Shown here: positions 58,638 through 64,000 of the stretch, piece by piece | How the letters are laid out: each line of letters begins with the position of its first letter | How positions within the stretch are numbered: the stretch's first letter is position 1 | Assembly (NCBI GenBank): GCA_044232745.1 | Contig: JBIILI010000003.1 | Coordinates: 92,259 to 156,258, forward strand | DNA: 64,000 nucleotides | Reading direction: 5' to 3' | Source: Candidatus Planktophila sp. | Lineage (GTDB): Bacteria; Actinomycetota; Actinomycetes; Nanopelagicales; Nanopelagicaceae | Position numbers and translations under genes: made by a program | Notes under the pieces: generated by a model | What the model was told of the DNA's origin: nothing | Database searches by the model: none | Seen by the model: only the letters and a program-made list of their open reading frames with translations

Positions 58638-60029
58638 TTATAGAGCTTTAAGTGCTGAAACAACCTTGGTTAGCGAAGCCTTGGCATCGCCGAACAAAAG
58701 CATTGTCTTTGGATCGTATAGAAGTTCGTTTTCGATGCCAGCAAATCCTGGGCGCATGGAACGCTTCAAGAAGATGATGTTGGCAGCGTGATTAACTTCC
58801 AAGATTGGCATTCCATAGATTGGGCACCCTGGCGTGGTTTGTGCAGCAGGGTTAACAACATCGTTTGCGCCAATAACTATTGCGACATCTGTTTGACCAA
58901 ATGTTGGATTAACTTCATCCATTTCTTGCAATTGATCATAAGGAACATTTGCTTCTGCAAGCAAAACGTTCATGTGCCCTGGCATACGACCTGCAACTGG
59001 ATGAATACCGTATGCAACATCAATGCCCTTCGAAATCATTAAGTCTGCTAATTCGCGAACTGTGTGTTGAGCTTGTGCAACAGCAAGTCCAAAGCCCGGA
59101 ACAATTACAACGCGACGAGCATAGTTAAGCAAGATTGCAACATCATCAGGTGAACCTGAACGAACTGGGCGTTCTTCACCGGCTGCTGCAACATCTTGTG
59201 GCTTTGCGGTGAAAGCGCCAAACAATGTTCCAAATAGTGAACGTCCCATGGCCTCTGCCATCAAACGAGTCAGAATAGTTCCTGATGCACCAACAAGTGT
59301 TCCAGCGATAATCAACAGAGTTGAATCCAGTACATAACCACTTGCAGCTACGGTCAAGCCAGTAAATGCATTAAGTAGTGAGATAACAATTGGAACATCC
59401 GCGCCACCGACTGGAAGCACGAACAAGATTCCAAATAGCAGTGACAGGCCAGCCAAAATCAGTAGCGGTGTTGTGCCAAGTGCGGAAACAACCCAGCCAC
59501 CAACGCCAAGAACCGAAACCAAAGTCGCGGCGATAATGAAGCGGCCCGCTGGAAAAATCACTGGGCGAGTGGTCATCAACTCTTGCAACTTCATAAAGGT
59601 GATGATCGATCCACTAAATGAAACGCAACCAACGATTACCGTAAAGACTGTGAATACAACCTCGGCTGTTGTTGCTTGATCGCCAAGATTTAAGTATTCA
59701 ACGATTGCTACCAATGCAGCTGCGCCACCACCCACACCATTAAAAAGTGCAACAAGTTGTGGCATCTGAGTCATTTGGACTTTACGGGCAGCAGGAACAC
59801 CGACGACTAGCCCAATCGCAATTGCCCCAAGGATCCACCCAAGATTATTAAGCGGAAGTGATGAATTTTCATTGGAATAGAAGAAGACAACCAAAGTCGC
59901 CAATCCAGCACCAAATGCACCAATCAAGTTACCGCGTCGAGCAGTCTTTGGGTGAGATAAACCTTTAAGCGCAAGGATGAAAGCAATACCTGCAGCCAGG
60001 CCAATGAGGTCATATACGACGCGGCTCAT
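58638..60029 (-). CDS. pntB: NAD(P) transhydrogenase beta subunit
   Basis: QMPQLVALFNGVGG, IGGAD-like VGGADVP, GIHPVAGRMPGHMN, GANDVVNP, KRSM. Confidence 0.96.
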   Translation of the reverse strand: MSRVVYDLIGLAAGIAFILALKGLSHPKTARRGNLIGAFGAGLATLVVFFYSNENSSLPLNNLGWILGAIAIGLVVGVPAARKVQMTQMPQLVALFNGVGGGAAALVAIVEYLNLGDQATTAEVVFTVFTVIVGCVSFSGSIITFMKLQELMTTRPVIFPAGRFIIAATLVSVLGVGGWVVSALGTTPLLILAGLSLLFGILFVLPVGGADVPIVISLLNAFTGLTVAASGYVLDSTLLIIAGTLVGASGTILTRLMAEAMGRSLFGTLFGAFTAKPQDVAAAGEERPVRSGSPDDVAILLNYARRVVIVPGFGLAVAQAQHTVRELADLMISKGIDVAYGIHPVAGRMPGHMNVLLAEANVPYDQLQEMDEVNPTFGQTDVAIVIGANDVVNPAAQTTPGCPIYGMPILEVNHAANIIFLKRSMRPGFAGIENELLYDPKTMLLFGDAKASLTKVVSALKAL

Positions 60030-60307
60030 TTCTTATTTCCTTTGAACATTTCAAGCATTCGGTCGGTAACGACAAACCCGCCGACCATGTTGATAGTTGC
60101 CAAAATAATTGCAGCAACTGATAGACCGAGCTCTAAGTTAGTTTTGCTGTGATCGGCAACGATGATTGCGCCAACCAAAATAACTCCGTGAATTGCATTG
60201 GCACCAGACATTAATGGTGTGTGCAATGTTGAGGACACTTTCGAAACAACCTCAAAGCCAACAAAGACAGAAAGCACGAAAATAGACAGGATTGCCATCG
60301 GTTCCAT
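60026..60307 (-). CDS. pntAB: NAD(P) transhydrogenase alpha subunit, membrane part
   Basis: LHTPLMSGANAIHG, NMVGGFVVTDRML.MF. Confidence 0.95.
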   Translation of the reverse strand: MEPMAILSIFVLSVFVGFEVVSKVSSTLHTPLMSGANAIHGVILVGAIIVADHSKTNLELGLSVAAIILATINMVGGFVVTDRMLEMFKGNKK

Positions 60308-61428
60308 TACTGAGCTCCTCTTCGTGATCCACCATGTGTTACCGCGGCACCATTGATGATTTCATCATCGAAATCTAGATTAAATGCAACCTTCTGATCA
60401 TCCTTTGCGGCAATAGTAAACAGAGACAACAGGTTTACAACGTTTCTTGAGTACAAGAAAGATGCGTGGAATGGAAGTTGGCTAGGTACATCTTTTCCGC
60501 CCCAGATACGAACTCCACCGGCTGTTTCAACAATTTCACCAGGTTTTGATCCTTCAACATTTCCACCAGTTTCGGCAGCTAAGTCAACGATGATTGTGCC
60601 TGGAGCCATTGCATCCACCATTGCTTGTGTCATCAATCGAGGTGCTTGGCGACCAGGGACAGCAGCGGTTGTAATAACAACATGAGATTTCGCGATGTAT
60701 GGAGTCAAAAGTTCACGTTGCTTTGCGGCACGATCCTCTGTCATTTCGCGCGCATATCCGCCAGCACCTTCTAGCGCTTCAAGTTCTAATTGAATAAACG
60801 TTGCACCCATTGAACGAACTTCATCAGCAGATGCTGGACGAACATCGTATGCCGAAACAACTGCACCTAAACGACGCGAAGTTGCAATTGCTTGCAACCC
60901 TGCAACACCTGCACCCAGAACTAAGACTTGTGCTGGCGTAACTGTTCCAGCCGCTGTCATCAACATTGGAAAGAATCGTGGTGAAAGTTCTGCACCAACA
61001 ACGGCGGCGCGATATCCGGCGCACAATGCTTGTGAAGTTAAGGCATCCATTGACTGCGCACGTGAAATACGTGGAACTAATTCAAGTGAAAACGCCGTAA
61101 CACCAGCTGTTACCGCCGCTTCAATTGAATCAATTGCAGTAACTGGGGATAAAAATGAAATTGTGATTGCACCTTTTTTCAGGGTTGCCATTTGCTGGGC
61201 GGTTAATGGCTGAACAGAAAGAACTACATCTGCATCTGCTAGGACATCACCTTGTTTGACAGTGGCACCAGCTGTTGTGAAGTCAGCATCAGTTGTTTGC
61301 GAATGTGCACCCGCACCAGCTTCGATTACAACATCGAGTCCTAGTCGAGTTAACTTATTGATGATGTCTGGAACAAGCGCTACACGCTTCTCTCCAGCTT
61401 TGATTTCCTTCGGAACGGCTACGCGCAT
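60307..61428 (-). CDS. pntAA: NAD(P) transhydrogenase alpha subunit, NAD-binding part
   Basis: VPKE...GEKRVA, RISRAQSMDAL, GAGVAGLQA, GGYA, DLAAETGGN. Confidence 0.95.
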   Translation of the reverse strand: MRVAVPKEIKAGEKRVALVPDIINKLTRLGLDVVIEAGAGAHSQTTDADFTTAGATVKQGDVLADADVVLSVQPLTAQQMATLKKGAITISFLSPVTAIDSIEAAVTAGVTAFSLELVPRISRAQSMDALTSQALCAGYRAAVVGAELSPRFFPMLMTAAGTVTPAQVLVLGAGVAGLQAIATSRRLGAVVSAYDVRPASADEVRSMGATFIQLELEALEGAGGYAREMTEDRAAKQRELLTPYIAKSHVVITTAAVPGRQAPRLMTQAMVDAMAPGTIIVDLAAETGGNVEGSKPGEIVETAGGVRIWGGKDVPSQLPFHASFLYSRNVVNLLSLFTIAAKDDQKVAFNLDFDDEIINGAAVTHGGSRRGAQ

Positions 61429-61438
61429 AGCCCAAAGA

Positions 61439-62383
61439 TTACTGGGTGGAGCCCTTCAAGTCACCCCGAATTAGGTGATAAAGAATCGATTGAATAGTTG
61501 TACGGCGGTGACACGCCTCTCTCCATACGACAGAACGCGGACCATCAATGACAGATGCTTCCACTTCTTCACCGCGGTGAGCAGGTAAACAATGCATGAA
61601 CACTGAGTCCTTGCTCGTCAGTTTCATGAGATTTTCAGTAACAGCAAATGGCGAGAGTGCTGGCACCTTTTCGGCGCGGTCTGCTTCTGAATCACCCATG
61701 GACATCCAGACATCTGTATACAAAACAGATGCATCTTTTGCGGCAGCTTCTGGATCATGAGTGACTTCAACTTTTCCACCATTGTGCGAAGCAATGTTTT
61801 TTGCAACAGCTACAACAACAGGATCTGGCGCCCATTTACCACTAGGTGTAGCTGCAACAACGTGCGCACCCATGATTGCACCCATAAGCAACCAGGCATG
61901 AGACATATTGTTTCCATCACCAAGGTAGACAAATTTACGACCCGAAATATCTGCTCCGAATTTTTCACGAATTGTTAACCAGTCTGCAAGCAACTGAGTT
62001 GGATGATCATCATCTGTTAATGCATTGATAACTGGAATTGATGCATTAGCACCAAGTTCGTCAACATCTGCTTGTGCAAATGTACGAATGATCAATGCAC
62101 TGCAATATCCACTGATAATTTTTGCAGTGTCTGAAATTGTTTCACCACGACCCAATTGCAACTCATCGCCACGGATAAAGATTGGAGTTCCGCCAAGGTG
62201 GGCTACAGCTGTCTCAGATGACAGCCGGGTACGAGTCGAAGGCTTTGTCATATAAATAGCAACGGACTTATGTGCCAACGCGGTACTAGAGCGCAGTGGA
62301 TTCTCAGCAAATTCAGCGGCGGTCGATAGCAAGAGTTCAACATCTGCGCGACTCAAGTGCTCGGTTCGTAGTAAGTCCTTCAT
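61439..62383 (-). CDS. argF: Ornithine carbamoyltransferase
   Basis: KPSTRTR, HPTQ, GDGNN, YTDVWMSMG, MHCLPAHRGEE. Confidence 0.9.
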   Translation of the reverse strand: MKDLLRTEHLSRADVELLLSTAAEFAENPLRSSTALAHKSVAIYMTKPSTRTRLSSETAVAHLGGTPIFIRGDELQLGRGETISDTAKIISGYCSALIIRTFAQADVDELGANASIPVINALTDDDHPTQLLADWLTIREKFGADISGRKFVYLGDGNNMSHAWLLMGAIMGAHVVAATPSGKWAPDPVVVAVAKNIASHNGGKVEVTHDPEAAAKDASVLYTDVWMSMGDSEADRAEKVPALSPFAVTENLMKLTSKDSVFMHCLPAHRGEEVEASVIDGPRSVVWREACHRRTTIQSILYHLIRGDLKGSTQ

Positions 62384-62436
62384 TTGTGAATTCTACCCGT
62401 ATTTTTCAGGCGCTCGAAGGTATTCTTATGCACCTC

Positions 62437-62724
62437 ATGGGCCTCTTTAAGAAAATCGGAACAGACGGTGACACCGATCTGCTGACCCGACCATCCGAAG
62501 AGCTGCTCGAAGATGATGGTGGGCATGATCGCTTCGCTCATTATGTTAAGAAAGAAAAGATCACCGAATCTGCGGTCACAGGCAAATCAGTAAAAGCGCT
62601 GTGTGGGAAGAAATGGATCCCATCTCGTGATCCTGAAAAGTACCCAATTTGTCCAACCTGCAAGGAAATATATGCAGGATTGAAATCAGCACCCGAAGAT
62701 AAAGCTACATCCGAAGATAAATGA
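62437..62724 (+). CDS. DUF3039 family protein
   Basis: GGHDRFAHYV.K, ALCGKKW.P, CPTCKEIY; start is 62428 or 62437. Confidence 0.9.
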   Translation: MGLFKKIGTDGDTDLLTRPSEELLEDDGGHDRFAHYVKKEKITESAVTGKSVKALCGKKWIPSRDPEKYPICPTCKEIYAGLKSAPEDKATSEDK

Positions 62725-64000
62725 GAATGAAGTGCAGGATTGGCTTCACACTTTCTTTACTTTTACTCGTCACATTAGTTTCACAACCATTGCAAGCGGC
62801 CGATAAAGAACCACGAAAGATTTTGTCAGGCTGGATTCCATATTATTCAGTCAAAACAGTATTGCCATTAGTGCGAAAACTTCCTTCAGCTATCCCAAAT
62901 GTTGCAGGCCAGCCATCAATCTGCGATGCATCTCAATATGGACCAGCAGAAAATCAAGCAATCGAAAGTTCATACCTTTTTACCAATAAAGATTTGATGA
63001 AAGAGGTCATGCCATTTTGGTACAGTCTGAAAAGTCCAACTGTGATTCGAGATGATTATGTAAGCGGGAATCCTTCGTGGCCAATTGCCGACACTGTTTG
63101 CTTGATGCGTCGTGCTGGCTTACAAGTTATTCCAACGATGACAGATGGCACCGACAAACTAGTTCTGTCTGGCTATCTTTCTAATCCAACAACTCGTACG
63201 ACAATCGTGAACACAATTGTTGATCTAGTGATGAAGAATAACTTTGATGGCATTGATCTCGATTACGAAGGTTTTGCTTTTGTCGATGGAAACAACACCT
63301 GGACCAAAACTGCTCCTCGTTGGGTTGCTTTAGTAAAAGAATTAAGCGTGGCATTACACGCAAGAAATAAACTGTTGTCTGTCTCAACTCCATATTTGTA
63401 TGACCCACAAGATAAGCAAAAAGGCTATTTTGTGTATGCATGGGCAGATATTGCCAGCAGTATCGATCGCTTAAGAATCATGACATATGACTATTCTGTT
63501 GCGAAACCAGGACCAATGGGTCCATTGGCATGGACTGAAAAAACCATTCAATATGCAATAAGTGTGATGTCGCCATCGAAGGTATATGTGGGTTTACCTG
63601 GGTATGGCCGTGACTGGATTACTTCGGTAAAAGGAAAATGTCCGACATCAGCGCCACCGGGCTTAATTGCTGGAGCAAAAGCGGCAACATTTAAAATGAA
63701 TTATGCAGCAGCTAAAGCTGCAATAGATGGTGCAATACCAACATTTAATGAGCAATACAGCGAGGCCACATACAGCTATACCCAAAGTTATAACGGTTTG
63801 TCTTCTACCGGTGCCGCAACCGCCTGTACCGTAAATCGAACTGTTTGGTTTCAAAATGCTCGCAGCTTCGCTGATCGAATGGCGCTAGTTGCAAAGTATC
63901 GTCTTGGCGGTGCTGCGATGTGGACATTAGGTATGGAAGAAATGGCAGCTACAAATGAGATTCGCACTGCAGCCCTTGCTATTGCACCAGATCCCGTAGT
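62721..64000 (+). CDS. Secreted glycoside hydrolase family 18 (chitinase-like), runs off the window end (not in ORF track)
   Basis: Hand translation: signal peptide MRMKCRIGFTLSLLLLVTLVSQPLQA, FDGIDLDYE (DxxDxDxE), IMTYDY, GLPGYGRDW, GAAMWTLG; ATGA overlap with DUF3039. Confidence 0.9.
   Translation, partial: MRMKCRIGFTLSLLLLVTLVSQPLQAADKEPRKILSGWIPYYSVKTVLPLVRKLPSAIPNVAGQPSICDASQYGPAENQAIESSYLFTNKDLMKEVMPFWYSLKSPTVIRDDYVSGNPSWPIADTVCLMRRAGLQVIPTMTDGTDKLVLSGYLSNPTTRTTIVNTIVDLVMKNNFDGIDLDYEGFAFVDGNNTWTKTAPRWVALVKELSVALHARNKLLSVSTPYLYDPQDKQKGYFVYAWADIASSIDRLRIMTYDYSVAKPGPMGPLAWTEKTIQYAISVMSPSKVYVGLPGYGRDWITSVKGKCPTSAPPGLIAGAKAATFKMNYAAAKAAIDGAIPTFNEQYSEATYSYTQSYNGLSSTGAATACTVNRTVWFQNARSFADRMALVAKYRLGGAAMWTLGMEEMAATNEIRTAALAIAPDPV

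Overview
A 64 kb stretch of core chromosome from a compact, mid-GC (roughly 45-50% by eye) actinobacterium. Gene content and density point to the freshwater acI lineage (Ca. Nanopelagicales, Planktophila-like); this assignment is an inference. Gene order follows well-known Mycobacterium/Streptomyces blocks: greA-uppS-phoH2-fum-xseBA-ispH-ychF; typA; adnAB-nudC-uvrD2-whiB7; kgd; sodX/sodN; rsrA-sigR-SRAP-aroA-rsgA-hisN; tRNA-fMet-UPF0182-Lon-like-DUF2342; prfB-ftsEX-smpB-ssrA; pirin; pntAB; argF; DUF3039; GH18. I saw no CRISPR array, integrase or transposase. The interesting signal is almost all non-coding. (1) A complete whiB7 uORF/terminator/antiterminator attenuator with an autoregulatory-type promoter. 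(2) A promoter- and U-tract-bounded single-hairpin sRNA candidate of about 83 nt at 50850-50932. (3) A 131-nt rod-like hairpin with a central bubble at 48102-48232. (4) Structured leaders in front of a lytic transglycosylase, typA (with a leaderless uORF) and a small zinc-ribbon protein. (5) Pervasive leaderless genes with back-to-back -10 boxes in gaps as short as 14 bp. (6) SigR-type promoters and a MarR/RosR-like operator. (7) Several small ORFs missed by the ORF track. All RNA structures were paired by hand and need computational and experimental confirmation.
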